Assembly (NCBI RefSeq): GCF_006345805.1
Contig: NW_021826708.1
Span: forward strand, 1 to 11,900
Direction: 5' to 3'
Source: Octopus sinensis
Taxonomy: Eukaryota
DNA: 11,900 nucleotides
This document shows positions 1 to 9,810 of the stretch, piece after piece (the stretch's first letter is position 1; every line of letters begins with the position of its first letter). Below the pieces are notes generated by a model, which did no database searches, had not been told where the DNA came from, and saw only the letters and a list, made by a program, of their open reading frames with translations. Position numbers and translations under genes: made by a program.

Positions 1-180
1 CACTCCTATCTTTGGCTACTGCATGATATTCGTCTGCTACTTATATAGTTTTGAGTTTTTGAACACATTGCGTCCAAAAGGGATATCATCTCCACAGGAA
101 TACCGCAGTTAATAAATCAATATGTCTTTCCTGGTGAAGTTTTTGCATTAGGGATGTTTCACAGATTGTTTTATATATGT

Positions 181-330
181 GTGTGTGTGGGTAGAGACAG
201 AGAAAGAGGCACAGAGAGAGAGACACAGATAGGCACAGAGAGAGACACAGAGAGACACAAAGAGAGAGTGAGAGAGAAAAAGAGAGAGAGACAGAGTGAG
301 AGAGAGTGAGAGAGATATATAGATGATTGT
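181..330. repeat. Degenerate (GA)n/(GACA)n microsatellite
   Basis: Direct inspection. Confidence 0.9.
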
Positions 331-574
331 TTGTATATCAAGTTATATATAAAACAACATTGATTTGAATATGTACTTAATACTTTTTAGAGGATTAAAT
401 GTTCATTAAACTTCTACCCAGTATGACTGCAGCCGCATGGCAGAAACGAGTTAAAGGGTAAGAGTAAGTGGAAGTCTAACGAAGGCGAGGTGAGAAAGCC
501 GATACTTCGAAGTCACTGCAAACATTTCTCTTCCAATATTTTCATAAACATAACGTTTAACTGTGTTACTGTGA

Positions 575-607
575 GTATATATATATATATGTGCGTGTGT
601 GTGTGTA

Positions 608-647
<40 letters not shown>

Positions 648-665
648 TGTCTGTGTGTCTGTGTG
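575..665. repeat. Compound (TA)n/(TG)n microsatellite
   Basis: Direct inspection; abuts the mariner left end. Confidence 0.9.
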
Positions 666-826
666 CATATACGAGTTCTGATCAATAAGTATCCGGAATG
701 TCACCATAGTAACAAAGTTTTAACATTCTAGCTCACTTCTGCTGTTTAGAGCAGTGCTTGGAAGGAAGATGTGTAGCATGTGATCGTCGCATTGACTATG
801 ACAGAGCAGGTTCTCGTGGCAATCTC

Positions 827-1216
827 TGCTCCGAGGCCTACGCAAAGTTGCAGACAGTGAATGGAGAGGTGTGTATGAGCCGCACACAAGTATAAGAGTG
901 GTTCAGACGTTTCCAAAATGGCCGAAAAAATGTCAATATTGACGAACGTTCTGGGAAACTCACAACCAGTTGAACTGAGGAAAACATCGCAGATGTGCGT
1001 GCAACTGAGAGAGGAAATCGTTGAATCACCATCCGTGAGTAATCAGAGGATGTGCAGATTAGTTACGGTTCAGTTCAGCCGATTATCACTGAATATTAGG
1101 GTGTGAGACGCGTGTCTGCCAAGTTTGTACCAAAACTGCTTTCAGCTAACCAAAAAGACACTTGGGTTGCATAAGATCTCCTTGATTGTGTCGAGAAAGA
1201 TGAAAACTTGTTGAAA
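827..1216 (+). pseudogene. Mariner transposase remnant (HTH region plus WVPxxL-like linker), six in-frame stops, truncated before the DD34D domain
   Basis: Single-frame manual translation: CSEAYAKLQTVNGEVCMSRTQV*EWFRRFQNGRKNVNIDERSGKLTTS*TEENIADVRATERGNR*ITIRE*SEDVQISYGSVQPIITEY*GVRRVSAKFVPKLLSANQKDTWVA*DLLDCVEKDENLLK. FVPKLL corresponds to the mariner WVPxxL motif and W..RF..GR to the HTH-linker pattern. Confidence 0.9.
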
Positions 1217-1217
1217 C

Positions 1218-1283
1218 CTTTGTGTAGGCCTCGGAGCAGGTATCACCAAGCTTTTGGCAAAATTTGATGCAGATTCTCTGCTC
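1218..1283 (-). pseudogene. Second, inverted copy of the mariner transposase N-terminus
   Basis: Minus strand reads EQRICIKFCQKLGDTCSEAYTK, a typical mariner N-terminal EQR.CIKF motif. It overlaps the CSEAY seen in the left arm. Confidence 0.88.
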
Positions 1284-1625
1284 AACTTTGTCATGATCAA
1301 TGCGACGATCACACGCTACACACCTTCCTACCAAGCACTTCTGTAAACAGCGGGAGTGAGCTAGAACGTTAAAATTTAGTTCGCATGTACAGCAGAGTTC
1401 AAGGTCAATCAGTATCGAGCAGCTTCACTCAGTCTGCTTTAGCTTCGTTACTATGGCAACATTCCGGATGCTTATTGATCAGACCATGTATACATAAATA
1501 TATAAATCTATATACACACACACACATATATATACATGCGTCAGCATACACATAGAATGTGTGTATATATTGTATAGAGAAAGACATAGAAAGACAGAGA
1601 TAGAAAATAATCTGAGCACAACGTC

Positions 1626-1747
1626 ACCATAATCGCCACCACCACCACAACCATCACCAGCGCCATCACTCACTACCGCTACTACCACCACAGCATAACC
1701 ACTCGTACTACTACTACTACTACTACTACTAATACTACTACTACTAC
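1626..1747. repeat. (CAC/CAT)n low-complexity tract plus (TAC)n at 1706-1747
   Basis: Direct inspection. Confidence 0.85.
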
Positions 1748-2037
1748 CATCAAGATATCATTACAAGATTTCTATAACGACAGACTTAAGAAATCCATGA
1801 AATACATACCAAATGCGTGTGTCATTAATCATAAACCATTCGTTTTTGGTGATGTTTTTCTTCACAAACCTACCACCGACCCCCACCCGTTCCTCACCTG
1901 CTCCACTATCTTCAAATCAGCGTCGTGTATAAGTTATTGCATATTTACATACAAAAACACACACACACACGTGTGTGTGTGCATAATTACATATAGGCAC
2001 ATACGCAAGATATATATGTGTGTGTGTGTGTGTATAG

Positions 2038-2070
<33 letters not shown>

Positions 2071-2276
2071 TCTTTTATTCTTTCTTTCATTCCTTTCAGT
2101 CGTTTGACTGTGGCCATTCTGGAGCACCGTCTTTAGTCGAACAAATCGACCTAGGAAGTTATTCTTTGTTAGCCTAGTACTTAGTATATCGGTCTCTTTT
2201 GTCGAGCCGTTAAGTTACGGAGACGTGAACACACCAGCATCGGTTGTCAAGCGATGCTGGAGGGATCAAAACAGAC

Positions 2277-2280
<4 letters not shown>
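2071..2280 (-). mobile_element. SINE-like interspersed repeat, family A, copy 1
   Basis: Colinear with 3166-3374 and partly with 4881-4943 and 8121-8178. Shared motif TGACTG(T/C)GGCCAT(T/G)CTGG(A/G)GCACCG. On the minus strand it ends in a simple A-rich tail; the other end abuts (CA)n. Orientation is inferred from the tail. Confidence 0.75.
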
Positions 2281-2313
<33 letters not shown>

Positions 2314-2321
2314 ATATATAT

Positions 2322-2485
2322 ACGACAGGCTTCTTTCAGTTTCCGTCTACCAAATCCACACACAAGGCTTTGGTCGGCCCGAAACTATAGTAGAAGACAC
2401 TTGCCCAAGGTGCCATGCAGTGGGACTGAACCTGGAACCATGTGGTTGGCAAGCAAGCTACTTATCACATAGCCACTCCTGTGCC
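2322..2485 (-). mobile_element. tRNA-derived SINE with CORE-like central segment
   Basis: Minus strand: A-box-like TGGCTATGTGATAAG, B-box-like GGTTCAGTCCC, then GCACCTTGGGCAAGTGTCTT, which resembles the CORE/MIR segment TGACCTTGGGCAAGTCACTT. A second degraded copy lies at 5286-5370. Confidence 0.8.
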
Positions 2486-2756
2486 TATATATAGGCATTG
2501 AGTCGAACCAGGGGCAGCTGATGAAGGGGAATATTCCTTGTATTGTTTGTCCTGTACTCTGTTTTTTCGTTGTTAAAAAAAAGTCTGTTTCCTTGTTTGA
2601 TTTTATGTTTCGTTCTCGTGTGTTCTACGTTTATTTGTGTTGTCTGTACTCATAGATATATATATGTATATATATGCATGTATATATACATATAGATGTA
2701 AGTATGTACTTATATGTATGTATATAGGCATATGCTTTATTTATTATATTGTTATC

Positions 2757-2787
<31 letters not shown>

Positions 2788-3070
2788 CTTAACAGAATGA
2801 GATAAAAAATCCAAGGCTGTGAATAGTTTTCCGAACATTTATAAAAAGAGGGTCTTACAGCTATTTCCAGGATATTTTATATATCCCTTCATCACAGACG
2901 GTGCGAGATGTTTAGGTTAATATAGAGATGTTTAGGTTAATATAGAGAAGATATGAAATACAGAGGGAAGTGGAGGAATGAAAACAGACGTGAGATACGT
3001 AAGGATATTGTATCTGCAGTTTCATTATTTAAGCAGAATGGTGTATATCTATACAAGCTTCCTGTACATT
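2788..3070 (-). mobile_element. Short repeat module carrying a hammerhead-like motif, probable PLE pseudo-LTR fragment
   Basis: Complex sequence between (TA)n and (CA)n tracts. Contains the hammerhead-like fold at 2852-2899 and a 20-bp tandem duplication at 2905-2944. PLE origin is inference. Confidence 0.5.
2852..2899 (-). ncRNA. Degenerate minimal type I hammerhead ribozyme-like motif
   Basis: Minus strand: GTCT-[G]TGATGA-AGGGATAT(ATAAA)ATATCCTG-GAAA-TAGCTG-T-A-AGAC. Stem I is GTCT/AGAC; stem II is 7 bp above an A.G mismatch; stem III is near-palindromic A(T)AGCTGT; the cleavage triplet is GUA. C3 is replaced by G. Confidence 0.55.
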
Positions 3071-3078
3071 GTGTGTGT

Positions 3079-3101
3079 ACACACACACACACACATATAC
3101 A

Positions 3102-3152
<51 letters not shown>
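3079..3152. repeat. (CA)n microsatellite
   Basis: Direct inspection. Confidence 0.95.
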
Positions 3153-3154
<2 letters not shown>

Positions 3155-3165
3155 ACATAGCCTTC

Positions 3166-3374
3166 CTCTTTTATCTTTTACTTGTTTCAGTCATTTTACT
3201 GCGGCCATGCTGGGGCACCGCCTTGAAACGAATCGATCAGAGGACCTCTTTCTTTTCCGTTATCGGCTGGCACTTATTCTATAGGTGCCTTTTGCCGCAC
3301 TGCTATGTTACGGTGACATAATCACACCAACACCGGTTGTCAAGGGGGAAAATGACGGGCGCATAGACACACAC
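3166..3374 (-). mobile_element. SINE-like interspersed repeat, family A, copy 2
   Basis: Diverged but colinear with 2071-2280: TTTCAGTC..ACTGCGGCCATGCTGGGGCACCGCC..GTTACGG..ACACCA..CGGTTGTCAAG..GACACAC. Confidence 0.75.
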
Positions 3375-3383
3375 AAATATATA

Positions 3384-3424
<41 letters not shown>

Positions 3425-3465
3425 GATAGATAGATAGATGTACATTTGCACATATATATAAATAT

Positions 3466-3735
3466 CTTTCAAATTTGTTTACAGAAATCGTTTAGAATAT
3501 GCAAGTAAAGCTCCTGTTCCATTATGCCGGCCACTCGCGAATGATGCTGATTCTGATGAACATCCACTAATGTTATATCGCCTGAAGAAATGAATCCATG
3601 AAGATGATCAACCCGATGCCCTCGGATACTACGGACGACACTGTAATCATCCCGGAGACATGTGATTTGTGGAAACGCGCGTAGCCATGCTATAAAAGTT
3701 TATAAATTCCATCCATGGATTGTTATTAATATTAG
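3466..3735 (+). mobile_element. Short repeat module carrying a hammerhead-like motif, ending in (ATT)n; probable PLE pseudo-LTR fragment
   Basis: CpG-containing island between (TA/GATA)n and (ATT)n/(TA)n that contains the fold at 3576-3689. Boundaries are approximate. Confidence 0.45.
3576..3689 (+). ncRNA. Type I hammerhead ribozyme-like motif with intact catalytic core
   Basis: Stem I TATCGC(3576-3581)/GCCATG(3684-3689) with one C.C mismatch; CTGAAGA at 3582-3588; stem II AATGAATCCATG/CATGTGATTTGTG plus inner GATGAT/ATCATC; GAAA at 3672-3675; palindromic stem III ACGCGCGT; GUA triplet with cleavage after 3683. Confidence 0.62.
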
Positions 3736-3739
3736 TATC

Positions 3740-3918
<179 letters not shown>

Positions 3919-4194
3919 CTGACAGGGTGAGTTTTGTTTAACCCTAGGTGCAGTAAGAGCCACCGATGAGAATTAAGATGCTCTACATCAAAATTCGAAA
4001 TCACTGGTGGTCTGGCAATTTTTACCAGGAGTTTATCTCCCTCGTCAGTCATTAAGATAATGCATTTGTATTTATTGAGTAGTTTTGACTCTACATTCTA
4101 GCAACGCCGGTACCACTTAATAGCCTCTGTCACTTTAGAGACGTCTATAAATTTGCCTTTAGGTTGAATAATTGATAAGAAGCCAGCCATATTA

Positions 4195-4200
4195 TACATG

Positions 4201-4243
<43 letters not shown>

Positions 4244-4270
4244 ATATATATATAATATATATATATATAT
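4195..4270. repeat. (TA)n microsatellite
   Basis: Direct inspection. Confidence 0.95.
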
Positions 4271-4444
4271 AGGGAGAGTTTACGAAAACAACAAAAGACG
4301 AAGACAGGTGGTGTACAAATCAAATAGATGTATTAGTATAACGCTCAGGAATAGAAAAAGTCTTTTATGTTTCGAGCTTATGCTCTTCTACAGAAAGGGA
4401 TACAGAAGAAAAAAAATAGAGAGAAAACAAATGTGTGTAGTGGC
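4271..4444 (-). mobile_element. Short repeat module carrying a minimal hammerhead-like motif, inserted in (TA)n
   Basis: 174-bp complex island with (TA)n on both sides. On the minus strand it has a T-rich 3' tail (CGTCTTTTGTTGTTTTCGTAAACTCTCCCT) and contains the fold at 4362-4397. Confidence 0.5.
4362..4397 (-). ncRNA. 36-nt minimal type I hammerhead-like motif (A6 to U variant)
   Basis: Minus strand: CTTT-CTGTAGA-A-GAGC(ATAA)GCTC-GAAA-CA-T-A-AAAG. Stem I is CTTT/AAAG and stem II is GAGC/GCTC. Stem III ACAT is one transition from the palindrome ACGT. Position 6 is T instead of A. Confidence 0.55.
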
Positions 4445-4880
<436 letters not shown>

Positions 4881-4884
<4 letters not shown>

Positions 4885-4943
4885 TGATTGATTGATTGAT
4901 TCTAGTTTCAGCTCACGAGCTGTGGCCATGCTGGGGCACCGCC
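4881..4943 (-). mobile_element. Short 3' tail fragment related to family A, ending in (AATC)n
   Basis: Minus strand GGCGGTGCCCCAGCATGGCCACAGCTCGTGAGCTGAAACTAG followed by (AATC)5. Shares GGCGGTGCCCCAGCATGGCC with the copy at 3166-3374. Confidence 0.65.
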
Positions 4944-5024
4944 ATTTGTGGTTGCTACATGGTTTTACTTCACGAAAACTTTTTAGCAACTGCCATTTGG
5001 TGCATGAGAGAGTTCGATGCAGCT

Positions 5025-5025
5025 G

Positions 5026-5057
<32 letters not shown>

Positions 5058-5125
5058 TATATATATGTATATATATATATATTATATATAGATTATATTA
5101 TATATATATATATATATATAATATA

Positions 5126-5183
<58 letters not shown>

Positions 5184-5208
5184 TATATATTGTGTGTGTA
5201 TATATATA

Positions 5209-5246
<38 letters not shown>

Positions 5247-5250
5247 TATG

Positions 5251-5284
<34 letters not shown>
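5025..5284. repeat. Long imperfect (TA)n
   Basis: Direct inspection. Confidence 0.95.
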
Positions 5285-5285
5285 C

Positions 5286-5370
5286 AAGGCGTGGCTGTAT
5301 GGTACGAAGCTTCGTTTCCAACCAAGTGATTTCGGTTTCAGTCCTACTTGGCCAAGTATCTTCTACTATA
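5286..5370 (+). mobile_element. Degraded, internally deleted copy of the CORE-like tRNA SINE
   Basis: GGCGTGGCTGTATGGTA (A box), GGTTTCAGTCC (degenerate B box) and TTGGCCAAGTATCTTCTACTATA, matching the reverse complement of 2322-2485. Confidence 0.65.
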
Positions 5371-5459
5371 AAATGTGTATGTGTGAGTGTGCATGTGTGT
5401 GTGGTGTGTGTGGTGTGTTTGTCCTTTTGTTTGTATCCTTTTGTCTGTATGTATATATG

Positions 5460-5502
<43 letters not shown>

Positions 5503-5508
5503 ATGAAC

Positions 5509-5553
<45 letters not shown>

Positions 5554-5754
5554 TAGAGAGAGAGAGATGGAGGGAGGAAGGGACGGAGGGAGGGAAAGAG
5601 AGAGTGATTTCCGGAAAATTTGAGAAGCAATCGAAATAAGAATCATCCGTAGAATGAAGCAAAAATACCAATTCTTTGGTTAATGATTGAATGCATAATT
5701 CCTTTGTCTTTAAGTGCCAGAACATTCATTTAGAAAATGTATATTACATGGACA

Positions 5755-6035
<281 letters not shown>

Positions 6036-6614
6036 AGATATACTTCTGCTCTCATTAGACGAGAATTCTTGGTCAAACATTTATGAAATTACTTTCAGAA
6101 TTATTTGATTTCGCAAATTCTTCAAAGAATACAAGCAAAAACAGAAACTCCGGTAATAAACATTAGAGAACTCAATATGCAGTTATGTTTGTGGAGCGAA
6201 GATCAAAGGCAGCGTAAAGAGAGAATACGATATATATTCCCAACTTCATGGATAACGAATGTTGATGGAATGGTGCAATAATACAATGGCATTAAAAACA
6301 TAAGAAAAGAAATGATTCCGAGTGCGCAAAGTGGATGTTGTTATTGGTCTCTGAGACAAGGAATCGAAGTTCTCCGGTTTTAGCAATTGTTGTTTAAGAT
6401 TGAATACCTCATCATACAGGATGCAGTGTGGGGCGGAGATCGAATAAGGACGAAAGTGTGGGTTTGAAATGTTTATATAAACATCGAAACCGAACATCCA
6501 TGTATGGTGTTCCGGTTATATGTTCTTATTTAGGCAATTATCCTTCAGGATACCAACGCACGCGCTCTATGCAGCCATGGCGATCATTTGATACAGATAC
6601 ACATTTGTGTATAT

Positions 6615-7027
6615 TATTTCTTATTGCCCACAAGGGGTTAAACATAGAGGTGACAAACAAGGACAGACAGACGGATTAAGTCGATTTCATCGACCCCCAG
6701 TGAGTAACTGGTACTTAATTTATCGACCGCGAAAGGATGAAAGGCAAAGTCGATCACGGCGGAATTTGAACTCAGAATGTAGCGGCAGACAAAATACCTA
6801 TTTCTTTACTACCCACAAGGGGCTAAACACAGACAGGACAAAGGACAGACAAACGGATTAAGTCGATTATATCGACCCCAGTGCGTAACTGGTACTTATT
6901 TAATCGACCCGAAAGGATGAAAGGCAAAGTCGACCTCGGCGGAATTTGAACTCAGAACGTAGCGGCAGACGAAATACCGCTAAGCATTTCGCCCGGCGTG
7001 CTAACGGTTCTGCCAGCTCACCGCCTT
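6615..7027 (-). mobile_element. tRNA-derived SINE (family B), dimeric, with 15-bp target-site duplication
   Basis: Minus strand head GGCGGTGAGCTGGCAGAACCGTTAGC (A box) and GAGTTCAAATTCC (B box). Two tandem units at 6615-6798 and 6799-6978. CACATTTGTGTATAT occurs exactly at 6600-6614 and 7028-7042. The central GCCGAGGTCGACTTTGCCTTTCATCCTTTCGGG resembles the Meta/Sauria SINE domain as recalled from memory. Confidence 0.88.
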
Positions 7028-7252
7028 CACATTTGTGTATATGCATACATACGTGTGTGGTTTACATGCATATATACATGCGGTTATATATATATATATA
7101 CGTACATTCATACATGCATATACACGAGTATACAGACACACATTTGTACTTAATACGCACGTTTCAAGAGGTTATATAATAAGTGGTCATGCAGATGTCC
7201 AATCTCTTCTGTTATTAGTGTATGCGTATATAATACTAATATATAAATATAG

Positions 7253-7750
<498 letters not shown>

Positions 7751-7790
7751 ACGTTACACTTATAGTGTGTGCATATATAAATATATTATA

Positions 7791-7835
<45 letters not shown>

Positions 7836-8120
7836 GCAACTACGCATTCCACATGTGTATGACGATCAGAAAACTTGCTTTCGTTTATTTTCAATGAAAA
7901 TCCCTCCAAGCACCGCACAAGATGTTACACACCAAAATAAAATAAAATAAATAAAATCTTCATAAAACGCATTAACATACATTAGATAAACGGAAAAAAA
8001 CAGGAAGAAATGGGCTTTTGCTTCCTTCTTATTTCTATGCAGAGTAAGTGCGTGTAGAACAGATGTATATTTATAGTTGGAATAATAAATATTTTGCTCA
8101 ATATTTCAAGAAATCCAGAC

Positions 8121-8178
8121 AAGGACTTATTCTTTGTAAGCCTAGTATTTATTCTATCGGTGTCTTTTGCCAAACTGT
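8121..8178 (-). mobile_element. Internal fragment of family A repeat
   Basis: AGGACTTATTCTTTGTAAGCCTAGTATTTATTCTATCGGTGTCTTTTGCC aligns with 2152-2205 (AGGAAGTTATTCTTTGTTAGCCTAGTACTTAGTATATCGGTCTCTTTTGTC). Confidence 0.65.
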
Positions 8179-8224
8179 TTAGTTAGCTCTAGTAACTTCT
8201 CTGATCTTATTTTTTATGTGAAAA

Positions 8225-8464
<240 letters not shown>

Positions 8465-8528
8465 ATGGTAAAAACGGTAAGATAACAAAGAAAGAAAGAG
8501 ACCTCAATATTATTGTAAATAGAAGAAA

Positions 8529-8788
8529 TTATCAGTAAAATAATATGTTACAATTACTCAATAGTCAAGATAAAACTCTGGGTTTCAGATGCCGAAATGG
8601 AAATCCACAACACCATCTCTTCGGTTATCTGGCCATCTGAAAAACGCTATGAAAAAATACCCTTATACAAAGGGAAATTACTGTATTATAATTCTGCTCG
8701 CGAACCCACGTGCGTACTTATACGTCACTATGCAAACGTCCACATCTTCACTCGCATCTTTCGCCAAATATATACGCATATATATACA
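8529..8788 (-). repeat. Left inverted arm (pseudo-LTR-like)
   Basis: Ungapped reverse complement of 9811-10070; 10 mismatches in 260 nt by manual count (about 96%). Confidence 0.95.
8568..8630 (-). ncRNA. Hammerhead-like motif in the left arm (stem III mismatch)
   Basis: Reverse-complement copy of 9969-10031. Stem III reads ACCCAGAGT, so one pair is broken. Confidence 0.42.
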
Positions 8789-8790
8789 TA

Positions 8791-9274
8791 ACACAAAAAC
8801 CACAACAAGAAAACAGCTGTTCATGCAGGAATAAAAAATTGTGCCCGCTAAATGAAGCTTGCATCTCCGAGACCATCATCTATGAAGCTACCGTGGACTC
8901 TATAACTACTAAAGATACTGTTTCGACGAAGAAATACGTGGGCCTTACAGAAGGCAATTTCAAGGTCAGGTTCAATAACCACACCTTGAGTTTTAGGCAC
9001 TGGAACAAAAGAAAAGCGACAAAATTATCTAATCATTTTTCGTCTTTAAAAGATAAAGGTGTCGATTATAACATCCATTGGAAGATTTTGGCCAAATGTA
9101 AGCCCTACCAACGGCAGCGGAAGGTGCGGTCTATGCGACATGGAGAGATGGCTTATCTGGAAAAGCAGCTTAGACCCTACTACATGTCTAAACTCAAGGA
9201 CAGAACTTTTCGGATCATGCCCATACGTGACTAAATTTTTGTTATGTTTTTGGTCCCCTCAAGACTACATATAG
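8791..9274 (+). pseudogene. PLE-type GIY-YIG endonuclease domain, N-terminally truncated, one frameshift near 9108-9110
   Basis: CSCRNKKLCPLNEAC (CxCx5Cx5C), IIY, YVG, FKVRFNNH, TKLS, W, then after the frameshift NGSGRCGLCDMERWLI..CLNSRTELFGSCPYVTKFLL. The GIY, YIG, R, E and N motifs of GIY-YIG nucleases appear in order. No reverse transcriptase is present in the window. Confidence 0.88.
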
Positions 9275-9810
9275 AACTTGCTTTCTATATTATGTCCCAA
9301 AAAGTTTTTTATCTCATTATACCTTTTATTATTTCATATATTTTTATATTTTCACACATAATAATTTTTTCTGTACTTTTCTATCCTGCATTTTTTCCTG
9401 TGCCTATATAGACGTGTATATAGATTCATTTTGTACACGTGTGTGAATATGTATGAGTGGGAAGTTTTAGGTGTGTGCGTGTGTGCGGGCATAAGAATGC
9501 ACATATATATATAGACGTTTTTACTTAGTATTTTTACATTTTCTTAGGGGTTTGGGGGGGGGCATATGTATATTCATTTTCGTATATGCGTGTGTATGTA
9601 TGCGTATATAAACATGTGCGGGTATGTACATATATGGGCGTGTGTGTGTATGAGTGCATAGGGGCATGTCCGTATATGAACGTGGTTTTTATGCTTTGTA
9701 TACTTCCTTATGTTTTTTTCTGTTACCTTTAACCATGGTTTTTCTTGCGCTTGTGCGTATATAGACATATGTATGAACTTTTACGGTACGCATGTGTGTG
9801 TGTATGAGTT

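Larger units (their letters stand above)
672..1488 (+). mobile_element. Non-autonomous mariner (Tc1/mariner) derivative with long inverted arms
   Basis: TA at 670-671 and 1489-1490. Terminal 44 nt including the TA (670-713 vs reverse complement of 1447-1490) match 38/44: TACGAGTTCTGATCAATAAGTATCCGGAATG.. vs TACATGGTCTGATCAATAAGCATCCGGAATG... Inverted similarity continues with indels over 670-847 and 1218-1490. Contains a transposase remnant. Confidence 0.92.

Noticed and set aside
1-170. Minus-strand LRYSCGDDI as an RT YxDD motif
   Set aside because: The spacing is wrong, the surrounding frames are closed, and no other RT motifs are present.
422-457. Possible exon CCAG|T ATG ACT GCA GCC GCA TGG CAG AAA CGA GTT AAA GG|GTAAGA (MTAAAWQKRVK)
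   Set aside because: It is very short with a weak acceptor, and there is no partner exon or recognisable homology.
2518-2550. CTGATGA followed by a hairpin (GGAATATTCC) as a fifth hammerhead
   Set aside because: No GAAA follows stem II, and no stem III or stem I partner was found.
3553-3575. CTGATGA-ACAT..ATGT just upstream of the accepted hammerhead
   Set aside because: The hairpin is followed by TATATCG rather than GAAA; the core at 3582 gives a complete fold.
3966-4052. Minus-strand ATGA-CTGACGA-GGGAG(ATAAA)CTCCT ... GAA ... TC-TCAT as a hammerhead
   Set aside because: GAAA does not follow the obvious stem II, and the alternative register lacks A15.1 and needs several mismatches. Worth rechecking only with a family consensus.
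3938-4170. TTAACCCT as a piggyBac-like terminus
   Set aside because: No convincing inverted partner ending in AGGGTTAA was found.
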